A stretch of 55,534 bases of DNA from a virus (lineage: Duplodnaviria; Caudoviricetes), in IMG/VR virus record IMGVR_UViG_3300014613_000031, positions 1 to 55,534 of that record. One strand, given 5' to 3'. Shown piece after piece: positions 45,650-54,705 of this stretch (position 1 is the first letter of the stretch; every line of letters starts with the position of its first letter). The position numbers and the translations under genes were made by a program. The notes under the pieces were generated by a model. It ran no database searches. It had not been told where the DNA came from and worked only from the letters and a program-made list of their open reading frames with translations.

Positions 45650-46816
45650 TCAGTCTTCACACTCATAACCACCATGCCCATATACAGCCTTGAAATTATC
45701 TACTACATACCCAATATCATCCTCATCCATACCGGGTCCGAGTGGCAGGGAGCAGGTATGCGCACCTATCCATTCCGCGTTGGGAAACATGTCCTCCCTA
45801 TAACCAAACCTCCTCCTGTAGTAGCTGAACAGATGGACGGGCTTGTAATGGATACCACAGTAAACGCCCCGCTCCTTCATCTTCGCAATAAACCTGTCCC
45901 TATTCCCAACGTACACAGTAAACAGGTGGAGTCCATGATGGAATCCCTCTGGACTGGCATTGGGCCAATCCACAGGCAGACCAACTGACAGTCCCCCGAG
46001 TTCCCTCACGTAGGCGCCCCATATCAATTCTCGTGCATGGTAATTATCATACACACTCTCCAGCTGATACAGGGTGAAGAGGGCCTCAATGTCAGTACAG
46101 TTGGCCTTAAACCCCAAATCCTTCACGTCATAGGTGCCCACCCTATTCACCCTGTCATAAGTCGAGACGTCCATCCCATGCAGTCTCAGGGACTGTAGGG
46201 ACTCAGCCATCCGACGATCCCCCGTCACAACCATCCCCATCTCAGGGGCGGCTATGTTCTTGGTCGGATTAAAGCTGAATACCCCAAGATCGCCAGCCCC
46301 TCCCGCATGGACCCCTCCCAGGGTGGTCTCCACCGCGTGGGCACAGTCCTCTATGATCATGAAGTCCTTTCCCATCTTGGCTCTGTATTTAATTAAGCTA
46401 TACACATCACAGGGGTAGCCAGCGAAGTGGACAGGGATTACCAGGAACGGATCACTAACATCCAACACCTCTTTAACAGTTTCTACATCCATACACTGGG
46501 TCCGCCTATCCACATCTACAAATAGGGGGGTGCATCCGTTATGTAACAGGGCATTAACTGTGGAAACAAAAGTCAACGGGGTCACTACCCCAACCCTACT
46601 GGTGGAATCGGTATTGATCCCTACAGACATCAGCAGACCCATCGAAGCAGAACTCACAGCAATTGCATGGGGGACACCAACATAGCTACTGAACCTCTCT
46701 TCAAGCTGCTTGGTGATGGCTCCCATAGTCCACCAACCACCCCTGATGACACCATCCAGATGGCTGAAGAACCTGTCTGAGAGTCTTTGCTTACAAAGTG
46801 GAACAATCATACTCAT
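45650..46816 (-). CDS. pseC: DegT/DnrJ/PseC-family sugar aminotransferase
   Basis: IEDCAHA, FSFNPTKNI (PLP lysine), GIHYKP, SLPL. Confidence 0.88.
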   Translation of the reverse strand: MSMIVPLCKQRLSDRFFSHLDGVIRGGWWTMGAITKQLEERFSSYVGVPHAIAVSSASMGLLMSVGINTDSTSRVGVVTPLTFVSTVNALLHNGCTPLFVDVDRRTQCMDVETVKEVLDVSDPFLVIPVHFAGYPCDVYSLIKYRAKMGKDFMIIEDCAHAVETTLGGVHAGGAGDLGVFSFNPTKNIAAPEMGMVVTGDRRMAESLQSLRLHGMDVSTYDRVNRVGTYDVKDLGFKANCTDIEALFTLYQLESVYDNYHARELIWGAYVRELGGLSVGLPVDWPNASPEGFHHGLHLFTVYVGNRDRFIAKMKERGVYCGIHYKPVHLFSYYRRRFGYREDMFPNAEWIGAHTCSLPLGPGMDEDDIGYVVDNFKAVYGHGGYECED

Positions 46817-46838
46817 AAAAGCACCCCATATTATAAAT

Positions 46839-46916
46839 TGGAGCGGAAGGCAGGGATTCGAACCCGCGACTATCCCGGTTGGAAACCGAGTGCTCTACCA
46901 ACTGAGCTACTCCCGC
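46839..46916 (-). tRNA. tRNA-Gly(TCC), CCA encoded, slightly atypical
   Basis: GCGGGAG/CTTCCGC acceptor, GCTC/GAGC D stem, CTCGG-TTTCCAA-CCGGG anticodon arm, TTCGAAT loop, U73-CCA. Confidence 0.92.
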
Positions 46917-47111
46917 TTAGTCCTCTACTATATAAGCCTCAAGGCCCTTCTGAACAACAAGCCACATTGGTGTCTCCACCATGTTGCCCGTATCATAGAT
47001 GGTTGAATCCGCCTTAGGAATCCAATGACCCTTGCCATCAAACTCCATCAACCAAGCACCAGGCGAGTTCTCTACCACCAGCCTGTCAAACTGTATGGTT
47101 ACCTTTTTCAT
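46917..47111 (-). CDS. hypothetical protein
   Basis: AWL...WIPK...PMWL phage motif; stop abuts the tRNA 5' end. Confidence 0.55.
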   Translation of the reverse strand: MKKVTIQFDRLVVENSPGAWLMEFDGKGHWIPKADSTIYDTGNMVETPMWLVVQKGLEAYIVED

Positions 47112-47932
47112 ATATCAAGGAACCTCTCCTTCCCGTTGACCATTGTAACCCCTTCGACATTGATCTTCTCCCCACCTAAGGTCTCCACCAACGTCCTCCC
47201 ATCCTCCCTCTTCCAGGTAAATTGATTAAAGCCTTCGGCCTCCAAAAACATTATCATGTCCCGCACCCGACCCTCCACATAGTCCATCCGATTCTTCTGG
47301 GACAGCCCCAGTTCCTTCTCTATCGTTGGCCAAAGCATAGGGGCCCATGGCCCCCTCGGCCTCTCAAGTACCTGTAACACTTCTATATGAGGAGGCAAAG
47401 GAGTTACCCTCACAAGGTGGTAATTCCTAAACTTCCAAGACTCATGAGGCTGAGAACAATCCAGCAACAGAGACCCTGGTTTGCACCAGGCCCCATACAG
47501 ATTCAGAAACTCTCCCAAAATAGAATAACCGTCCATCACTGAAGTATCAAGTCCGGTGACTGTCTTTATCCAACCCCCATGTTCCCTCGAGAAGGTTGAC
47601 AGCTTCTTCCCAACAGCCCGCGCTAAATCATCGGGGGATAACTCACCCTTCTTGTTGAAACGCATTGACCCCTTAATCGACAATTGTGGGGGTTCATCTA
47701 CCAAATCATACTTGACAGAGGACTTCCCCCTCCCTGGGGCAGGTGATTTCTTTTTCGATTGATAGTTCATATCTCCCTTCTTCCTCTTCCCATAAATACC
47801 TGGCTTCTTTTCCTCAAGTTTCTCTTCCTCAAGCTTTTTCCAATCCTCAAGTTTCTTCCAAGGGGCCATATTTGCTACCCACTCATCATCTGGGTCCACC
47901 CCGAACAATTCATTCATCATTCCCTTCATCAC
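47108..47932 (-). CDS. hypothetical protein
   Basis: GGWIKTVTGLD...GYSILGEF; AAGGAGG RBS after the promoter. Confidence 0.6.
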   Translation of the reverse strand: MMKGMMNELFGVDPDDEWVANMAPWKKLEDWKKLEEEKLEEKKPGIYGKRKKGDMNYQSKKKSPAPGRGKSSVKYDLVDEPPQLSIKGSMRFNKKGELSPDDLARAVGKKLSTFSREHGGWIKTVTGLDTSVMDGYSILGEFLNLYGAWCKPGSLLLDCSQPHESWKFRNYHLVRVTPLPPHIEVLQVLERPRGPWAPMLWPTIEKELGLSQKNRMDYVEGRVRDMIMFLEAEGFNQFTWKREDGRTLVETLGGEKINVEGVTMVNGKERFLDI

Positions 47933-47941
47933 CTCCTTTAT

Positions 47942-47972
47942 CCCTATTATATAATATCTACCCGATTTTTTT
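47942..47972 (-). promoter_or_regulatory. conserved phage promoter copy
   Basis: AAAAAATC-N10-TATATAATAGGG. Confidence 0.7.
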
Positions 47973-48681
47973 ATCCCAAAAAATGGGGTAACTCCACATC
48001 GTCTACTTCTTCCACAGTTGATACCCCTCCCTCCTGAACCACCTGCAGCAACTTGTCCGCTGACTCAATAATCTTGGGTAGGTGGGATATCATTATGATC
48101 TGTAGACCAAGCTTCTCACTCACCCTCTTTATCATGGCAGAACACTTGGACTGCAAGTCCACCGACACATTCCTCATCGGCTCATCAAGCAGCATGATAG
48201 GACGTCCCCTACGTTTGGACTTGAGGTTGTAAAAGGCACACCGCAGAGCAAACGAAGCCACATCACAAGCCCCACCACCAGCGCTGTCGATTGGATTCAT
48301 CCTCTCGCCCCCCTTGACAAACCATAGATCACACTCGGTCTTCCCCCGCCTCATCTCAAACGAGACCGCAAACTCATATGGATCAGGAAACACTGCCGCT
48401 TCCGCCATGGACACCAAATTACTTATCCTAAACTCCAAGTTCTTCTGGGTGTCCTGAGCCACCTTCTGCAGAAACTTCACTGCCTTTGCCCCATTCTCGC
48501 ACCGGGTAGTATAATACTTCAGATCCTTCTTAGCAGTTGCGAGACGGGTTTCCTTCTCCTGCTTGGCCCCCTTCAGGGCATCCACCCTCGACCTCAGACC
48601 CTTGATGTCCTCAAGGGTCATCATCTGATAGGGGCTTTGTGTTGGAGATGTCCCTGTAGCGTCAAAGCGATAATCCCCCAC
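47971..48681 (-). CDS. Rad50/SbcC (gp46-like) C-terminal half
   Basis: Coiled coil, signature SAGGG, Walker B LLDEP, ISH loop; GTG at 48681 after AGGAGG. Confidence 0.85.
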   Translation of the reverse strand: MGDYRFDATGTSPTQSPYQMMTLEDIKGLRSRVDALKGAKQEKETRLATAKKDLKYYTTRCENGAKAVKFLQKVAQDTQKNLEFRISNLVSMAEAAVFPDPYEFAVSFEMRRGKTECDLWFVKGGERMNPIDSAGGGACDVASFALRCAFYNLKSKRRGRPIMLLDEPMRNVSVDLQSKCSAMIKRVSEKLGLQIIMISHLPKIIESADKLLQVVQEGGVSTVEEVDDVELPHFLG

Positions 48682-48691
48682 GCGACTCCTC

Positions 48692-48871
48692 CTACCTACG
48701 ACTGCCACGGTCCCCCCCTTCATTCATCCACTTATCCACCTTCTCCTTATCAAACCGCCACAGCCTTCCCACCTTCATACAGGGGATACGATCCTCATGG
48801 GCAAGCCGCCGTACTATCTCATACCCCACATGTAAGTATTGTGATACTTCCTTCAATGTCATAAGTGCCAT
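48692..48871 (-). CDS. excisionase-family HTH (HTH_17) protein, 59 aa, absent from the ORF track
   Basis: Hand translation: MALMTLKEVSQYLHVGYEIVRRLAHEDRIPCMKVGRLWRFDKEKVDKWM...; GGAGGG RBS. Confidence 0.8.
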   Translation of the reverse strand: MALMTLKEVSQYLHVGYEIVRRLAHEDRIPCMKVGRLWRFDKEKVDKWMNEGGDRGSRR

Positions 48872-48876
48872 ATCTC

Positions 48877-49137
48877 TTATCCCTCCAAATTGTATTTTGA
48901 CTTCATTGCTTCATACAAATCATTGATACTCTTGTTCCTACGAGTTATCTGCACATCAAGATTGCCTATCCTCTTGCGTCCCTCCTCCCGAGTCTTCACC
49001 CCAAAACGATCCCTAAGGTCCCTCATAATAGCATCACTCTCACCAATCTTACGATCTCTCTTTGCCTTGGCCTCGGCAATGCTTTCATTTATAGCATTAC
49101 ACTTCCTGAGTATGGTCTCAGGTGTCAACTCGCTCAT
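48877..49137 (-). CDS. small coiled-coil protein of the Mre11/Rad50 cluster
   Basis: Heptad-rich; LRDRFGVKTREE. Confidence 0.55.
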   Translation of the reverse strand: MSELTPETILRKCNAINESIAEAKAKRDRKIGESDAIMRDLRDRFGVKTREEGRKRIGNLDVQITRRNKSINDLYEAMKSKYNLEG

Positions 49138-50047
49138 CTTCCAATACCTCCTCTACTATCTCTCGAACTCCACTACCTACTCTTGGTAGGGCCTTCATTA
49201 TATTATCCAAATAGTTGAGTTCCAAATCCTCCTGACTACCCAGCTCCTCCACAAACACTTCAAGCTTCTTGTCACGCTCCCTCTCCTTCTTGGCCATGGC
49301 AAAGTCAAGAACCTTTGCTGCAGGCTCAACCTCCAGAAACTGCACACCTAACTGCTTGGTTAAAGTGTCATAGATGTAACAGCAGGGACGGTGAGTCCCC
49401 TGGTCGGCATTAGCCCTCATCAGGGAACCACAGTTCACCAGGTGCTTGCTACCAGACCCTTCTGTAAAGCATTGATGGTTGTCTCCACACACGAACAGGT
49501 CATAATCAGGGTACTTTCTAAACATCAATCCACTCAGTAGATACCCTTCCTGCCCTACCCACATTTCCTCTGGGGATACCATCTTATGTAGCACGAGGAT
49601 CTTACAGCCACCCCCCACCTTTGGATCAGGTAGCTCAAGCTCATTCCACGACCACCCAAAGAAGGAAATTGGTAACTTCCCTTCATAAACAATCAATGGC
49701 TGAGATGTGAGAACTCTAACCACTCCCGCCCTCTCCAATACAGCAAGGGGAGTGTTCTTTATATTCTTGCTATGGTATCGTAGGTCATGCTGACCCCTCA
49801 CAACCAACGTCTCCACACCAGGCCGATACCCCCTTATTAAGCCTACATAGTGCTGAACCACAAACCAAGGGACGTCAACACCGTCGAAAAAATCCCCTGG
49901 CTGCACTAAATATCGACAACCCTCTCTAACAGCAATATCATACAACTGACGTACCTTACCCTGTTGGGTATCAAAATATGACTCGTCCAACCTTCTTCGT
50001 GGGCGCTTGTACCTAAGCTGAAAATCCCCTGCCAGAAGTATCTTCAC
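49118..50047 (-). CDS. Mre11/SbcD (gp47-like) nuclease
   Basis: GDFQ, PGDFFD, GQHD, LHK, GDNH, NCGSL. Confidence 0.88.
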   Translation of the reverse strand: MKILLAGDFQLRYKRPRRRLDESYFDTQQGKVRQLYDIAVREGCRYLVQPGDFFDGVDVPWFVVQHYVGLIRGYRPGVETLVVRGQHDLRYHSKNIKNTPLAVLERAGVVRVLTSQPLIVYEGKLPISFFGWSWNELELPDPKVGGGCKILVLHKMVSPEEMWVGQEGYLLSGLMFRKYPDYDLFVCGDNHQCFTEGSGSKHLVNCGSLMRANADQGTHRPCCYIYDTLTKQLGVQFLEVEPAAKVLDFAMAKKERERDKKLEVFVEELGSQEDLELNYLDNIMKALPRVGSGVREIVEEVLEDERVDT

Positions 50048-51111
50048 ATCGGCCCCCCACAGAATGGACAAATATCAATTTGCACCTTAATCTTTGCCAG
50101 CTCCTCCTCCAACACTTCAATCTCATAATTAAGTCCCTCAATTTCCTCATCCACACTTGTAGAACGCTCCACCAAACCGACGACCACCTGCTCGTCATAC
50201 AACCATTTCTTGTGGGTCCTTACCATACTAGCAAGTTTGATAACCGCTTGCTCTGGTAGAATGAAGTCCTCAAAACTCTGGACTTCCCTATCCAAATCCT
50301 CATACAGGCTGAGCTTGGAATCCAGAAACTCCCTCAATCGTAGCTCGTCATTGAGTAAGGAAACTTCCTTGAAAAACTCCTGTGATTCGAGCTCTAACCT
50401 CAAAAATGTATCGTAGTAATCTATATCATTGTCTAACTTATCTGCTGACAAGATTCCCCTGGTGAGTTCCCTGCGCTCTTCCCTCTTTATATCCCGCTCA
50501 CCCAGCAACTGCTCCAACTGGGTTGTGTCCTTGTCAAGTGCGTCCACAAACTCATAATCCTTCAGTTCCTCCCCCAGTAGAGCGAGGTCCCGCTCTGTCT
50601 GTTGAAGGCCCTGGTTGGCTTTCCTCACAAGACTGTCCGCCCGCTTAACCACCCTATCAATGATGTCAATCCCCACCACTTCATTCAGCATCCGTCCCAC
50701 TTCACCCGGGGTGCTTTGAAGCAGAAAGTACCGGTCATGTTGACTCTGAACACAATAGTCATCTATGTTTATCACAGAAGAGACTTCTGCTGGAACATCC
50801 CCCCGCAGAGCCTCAAGGGGTCCATCACTGGTGGAAACCTCATAACAGTTCTCGGTGTTTGACCTCCTCCTCACGACCCAGGAACCATCAGAGAATGAAA
50901 TAGCCCCACTAGTACTCCCATCCTTTCCCACAAAGTTAGATTGGAAGGCGAAACCCATTGGCCTATTGTCACGGACCCAGCGCAACAACCTCATGATACT
51001 ACTTTTCCCTGAGTCGGAAGGACCTGCAATCATGTTCACCCCTTCTGACAACTCCACCACGGACATGGCATGGCTCTGAAAGTTCTCTATCTCTATTGTA
51101 TCTATAGTCAT
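50044..51111 (-). CDS. Rad50/SbcC (gp46-like) N-terminal half ending in the zinc hook
   Basis: IENFQSH, Walker A GPSDSGKS, Q-loop QSQHD, coiled coil, terminal CPFCG. Confidence 0.88.
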   Translation of the reverse strand: MTIDTIEIENFQSHAMSVVELSEGVNMIAGPSDSGKSSIMRLLRWVRDNRPMGFAFQSNFVGKDGSTSGAISFSDGSWVVRRRSNTENCYEVSTSDGPLEALRGDVPAEVSSVINIDDYCVQSQHDRYFLLQSTPGEVGRMLNEVVGIDIIDRVVKRADSLVRKANQGLQQTERDLALLGEELKDYEFVDALDKDTTQLEQLLGERDIKREERRELTRGILSADKLDNDIDYYDTFLRLELESQEFFKEVSLLNDELRLREFLDSKLSLYEDLDREVQSFEDFILPEQAVIKLASMVRTHKKWLYDEQVVVGLVERSTSVDEEIEGLNYEIEVLEEELAKIKVQIDICPFCGGPM

Positions 51112-51130
51112 TGCGTAGGGTCCCCCAAGG

Positions 51131-51340
51131 TTACTTGCCCTTCCGTTCGTTCTTTATGGTGGTAACCGTATCCCTGGCAATCTTTATCAATACCTTAATT
51201 TCCTGCAAGGCCCCCCTCACCCTGGTACCCGCAGAACTATTGCCTTCCATAAACTTCTGACCATCCAATTCCGCACCATCCAAGAGTTCTCTCATCTGCG
51301 AAATCGGTCCCATAATACTCAACTCAACTTTCTTTGCCAT
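51131..51340 (-). CDS. histone H1/Hc1-like nucleoid protein
   Basis: KF.EGNSSAGTRVRGALQEIK motif. Confidence 0.75.
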   Translation of the reverse strand: MAKKVELSIMGPISQMRELLDGAELDGQKFMEGNSSAGTRVRGALQEIKVLIKIARDTVTTIKNERKGK

Positions 51341-51593
51341 TCTTCAGTTTCTCCTTTGTTATTGGTTTATTAACCTCCCTGAAATCCCCTCCAGCATCCA
51401 ACTCCCGACGCATTCTGTTCCACTCATATCCAACAGCATGCATGAGATTGGTCACCATTGCATAATGCTCTGGTGTGGCCCGTGTTATCTGTAACCTGCT
51501 CACGCATCTATGCATGAGCATCCCAAGCTCCACCTCCCAAGGTGGATTATAGGTTATATGGTGAATTTGAATTATTGCCATTCTACCTTCCAA
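51324..51593 (-). CDS. hypothetical protein, HNH-like remnant
   Basis: QIHHITYNP..EVEL...H. Confidence 0.4.
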   Translation of the reverse strand: MEGRMAIIQIHHITYNPPWEVELGMLMHRCVSRLQITRATPEHYAMVTNLMHAVGYEWNRMRRELDAGGDFREVNKPITKEKLKNGKES

Positions 51594-52452
51594 CCCTCAT
51601 ATTGAAACGTTCCCTCCATAGGGCCTCCTGTGCCTTCAGGCTGTTGAACTCATACTCGTCCCAGAAGTACAAGAAGTCCTCGAGCCTAAACTTCTCCTCC
51701 ACTTCCTTGCTGAGTCGAAAGTAATCCGTGGCTGGAAGGGGTAGTGTCACAAGAAACTTATTATACTTTGCTATCCTCTTCCCTGCAGTACTGGTAATGT
51801 TCTTGTAGGTCTTGTAGTGTTCCTTCAAGGCCCCCTTCAAGTACTGAGCTGCTGACTTGTTCCCAACCCCAGGTACTCCCTTGACCTTGTCTCCCGAACA
51901 ACCAGCTATCGCCTTGACCTCTGCCCATCTGCCCGGCGGAAGCCCCCATTCACCCTCAAAATCCTCTGCCGTGTATTTCCTCTTGCTCTTAACACTGTAC
52001 ATGTAATGGTTCTTCGAAAGGAGTTGCCACAGGTCATTGTCATTGCTCAAAATTACCACCTGTCGGTTTGGGTAGGTCTTACAGATACGGGCTATGATGT
52101 CATCGGCCTCTATTCCCTCTTGGAAAAATATGTTTTTAAAACCCAACCTCGGGAGCACCATATCCTTCAACTCCTCAAACTGCTTGAAGCCGTCCCGCTC
52201 ATCCCTGACGTCCTGTGGAGTCTTCTCCACTTCCCTCCGATCCTTGTAACCCGAATAATACAACTTGCGAAGGCTCTTCCTGCTATCCCAGACAAAAGCA
52301 AACTCAGTACTGTCAAACGCCTGGGCCAACACCAGCAGTTCCCTCATGAACCCGAACAGAACCCCTGTGGCCTTGCCCTTGCTATTGACGAAGCCCCTGA
52401 ACCTATTCATCTGTATATGGCACAAGTGGTTACAATCAACAAGTATAAGCAT
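51583..52452 (-). CDS. 5'-3' exonuclease / flap endonuclease (T4 RNase H-like)
   Basis: LVDCN, VWDS..R...YK..R, EADDII, SNDNDL.Q, GCSGDKVKGVPGVG. Confidence 0.9.
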   Translation of the reverse strand: MLILVDCNHLCHIQMNRFRGFVNSKGKATGVLFGFMRELLVLAQAFDSTEFAFVWDSRKSLRKLYYSGYKDRREVEKTPQDVRDERDGFKQFEELKDMVLPRLGFKNIFFQEGIEADDIIARICKTYPNRQVVILSNDNDLWQLLSKNHYMYSVKSKRKYTAEDFEGEWGLPPGRWAEVKAIAGCSGDKVKGVPGVGNKSAAQYLKGALKEHYKTYKNITSTAGKRIAKYNKFLVTLPLPATDYFRLSKEVEEKFRLEDFLYFWDEYEFNSLKAQEALWRERFNMRVGR

Positions 52453-53498
52453 CACTCGTACCTCGGCGGGCGGTCCGTCCGTATGGATTCTTCCAGGGCC
52501 AGCCAACTGTCGGCCATCACTTCCGTCAATTGCCAAACCAAATCATTCTCCTCTATATAAGATATCAACTTGGGCATGGTGGCATCGATGAAGTCACTTC
52601 CCGTCTTTATTACCAACTTCCCCTTCTCCTGCTTCCAATAGCCCTCCGCCACAAGCCACTCAATCATCGGGGTGACATCATCCACCCCATAGTCAAAGTA
52701 GATGTAGGTCTCGAACTCCCTGAGCTTCCCAGTCAGGTGGTTCTTCTTCGTCTTGCCCCTTATGCGAACACCCACTTCTCGATCCTTCCTCTTTATGTGA
52801 CCCTTAACAGCAAGCCAGACCTCATGGAGGCAGTAAAACTTCAAAGCTCTTCCTCCACTCCTCGTCTTCTTATCCCCAAAAGTCACACCTATCGCATCTC
52901 TGGTCTGACTGACCACCAAAAAGAATGAGCGGGTATTCCTAATGTCCCCACAGATCTTCCTAAGCATCTCTGATGCGAGACGGGGCTTGGCAGGGTAGTC
53001 ACGTTTGAGTTCCTCCTTAGCCCGCTCCTCCACATCAGACAGGGCATCAAAGGAGTCAATGACATAGATGAAGGGGCGCTTCCCCTTCAGCAGAGCCCTT
53101 ATACTCTTATCCATCTCCTCTATGGTGGCACTGCTGGTGATGTCCACCCGCTCTATCTGCTTGCCAAAGAGTTTGACTAAAGGGAGTTGCAGCTTTGATT
53201 CCGCATCATCATATATGAGATCATACCCATCAAAGCCATTATCCCTGACCACTTCTGCAAACATATTCCATGCCAGTACCGTCTTCCCTGCGCTACTATC
53301 ACCCACGAGGTTGGCCATACTCCCGATGGAGTATCCCCCGTAGGGGTTGTCGCTGAGGGCCAAGTTCAGTAAAACAGAGCCTGTTGGGATTAAATTTCCC
53401 CTGCTCCTTGAGGCTTTTCCCAGCGCCACCCCTACGGGAGAACTTGTAGCCACATCCTCTTCCAGTGGCAAGCCTATGTCCAATAACTCACCCATCAC
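52452..53498 (-). CDS. recA: RecA/UvsX recombinase
   Basis: PTGS..LNLAL, GDSSAGKT, VIDS, SQTR...SGGRALKFY. Confidence 0.9.
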   Translation of the reverse strand: MMGELLDIGLPLEEDVATSSPVGVALGKASRSRGNLIPTGSVLLNLALSDNPYGGYSIGSMANLVGDSSAGKTVLAWNMFAEVVRDNGFDGYDLIYDDAESKLQLPLVKLFGKQIERVDITSSATIEEMDKSIRALLKGKRPFIYVIDSFDALSDVEERAKEELKRDYPAKPRLASEMLRKICGDIRNTRSFFLVVSQTRDAIGVTFGDKKTRSGGRALKFYCLHEVWLAVKGHIKRKDREVGVRIRGKTKKNHLTGKLREFETYIYFDYGVDDVTPMIEWLVAEGYWKQEKGKLVIKTGSDFIDATMPKLISYIEENDLVWQLTEVMADSWLALEESIRTDRPPRYE

Positions 53499-53501
53499 TC
53501 A

Positions 53502-54701
53502 TCACCTTCTCGACGGTGGGCGACGACGGGTAGTTGTGGGTTCTTCATCCTTGGGCCCCCGCTCTATCTGACCCCTTCCAGCAGATCGATCCACCCCTTT
53601 GCTCGGAGATTCTTCAAGGCGGCGGGTCTTTTCCTTCAGGCAAGCATCCCACACCTCCTGAGGGCACTCTTCATCACATCTTGTAATTTCCTGATTACTT
53701 ATACCAAAACAATCAGCAAACTCAGGGGGCATCTCAAAATCTGACGACCCCTTTGCTGGTTCAGTACGCACAGTGTCTGTACGGACCGCCCGCCCTCCTC
53801 TGAACCTTGATTCTGTGGAAGAATCCTGACCTCTACTGTCACTGGCATCAAAGGGAACATCATCTCCAGATGCCCTATTCGCTGAAGTCCCCCTACGGGC
53901 CCCCATCATCTCCAGAATCTCATTAAAGGGCTTAACCTCTATAATATCCTCCAAGGGATAGGACATATCATACAGAGCATCAAGATCCTTCTGATTGAAT
54001 TTATCCTCCTCCCTCCTCTCCAAAATCTCTATCGCCCGATACTCCGTGTTGAGGCCTGTCCCCTTCTTCTCAAACCACACATTCCAATTCTCCTCCGGCA
54101 CCGTATAAAGCTTCTTCTCACCCGTGCGCTTATTCTTGTACTGCTCACTGAGGACATCCTCTATCGAAGCATGCGGAGCTTCCCATACCTGAACACCCTT
54201 TTCCATTTCCTTCTTGGAGTCGAAGACGAAGACATTATAAATCGCTCGCTTGGAAGGGCTACAGGCCCGAACCTCATCACTATTGTTATCATAACCATCC
54301 TTGAGTAACCGTTCCTTCTCCTCACAAATGGGGCAAGGTTCCTTAATGGTCCTCGGACACAGTACGGCATCCTGGTTGACCCCGATGTTACCATGTATCA
54401 GGACCGTAAGTTTGTGATCCCAACAGTCATCCCTCTCAATTTCATCGGTATCAAATGGTGCGTTAAATATAGTGTTTCTCCGAAAGGGACTGTCCTTTGC
54501 CTTGGCCTTATCCACCTTGTAAGGGAAGATGCAAAACTCATGTTCTGCCTGGCCTGTCTTCCATAGGACCACATCCGTATTGTACACATTACCATACTTC
54601 CCGAGTTCCCCACGATGATCATAACTATGATCCAACCTCTTCTCTGCATTATTGAGGCTGGGTCTCCTCCTTGTTGCTGTTTCTCTTGGCATAATTATCA
54701 C
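53502..54701 (-). CDS. single-stranded DNA-binding protein (gp32-like)
   Basis: H..IG...CP....PCPICE zinc site, YNV, KKGTG..TEY, acidic low-complexity tail. Confidence 0.75.
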   Translation of the reverse strand: MIIMPRETATRRRPSLNNAEKRLDHSYDHRGELGKYGNVYNTDVVLWKTGQAEHEFCIFPYKVDKAKAKDSPFRRNTIFNAPFDTDEIERDDCWDHKLTVLIHGNIGVNQDAVLCPRTIKEPCPICEEKERLLKDGYDNNSDEVRACSPSKRAIYNVFVFDSKKEMEKGVQVWEAPHASIEDVLSEQYKNKRTGEKKLYTVPEENWNVWFEKKGTGLNTEYRAIEILERREEDKFNQKDLDALYDMSYPLEDIIEVKPFNEILEMMGARRGTSANRASGDDVPFDASDSRGQDSSTESRFRGGRAVRTDTVRTEPAKGSSDFEMPPEFADCFGISNQEITRCDEECPQEVWDACLKEKTRRLEESPSKGVDRSAGRGQIERGPKDEEPTTTRRRPPSRR

Positions 54702-54705
54702 TCTC

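Noticed and set aside
33196-46816. Host O-antigen or capsule locus misassembled into the contig
   Set aside because: The genes are interleaved and overlapped with small phage-type ORFs, share the phage promoter motif and strand, and no wzx/wzy/kps export genes are present.
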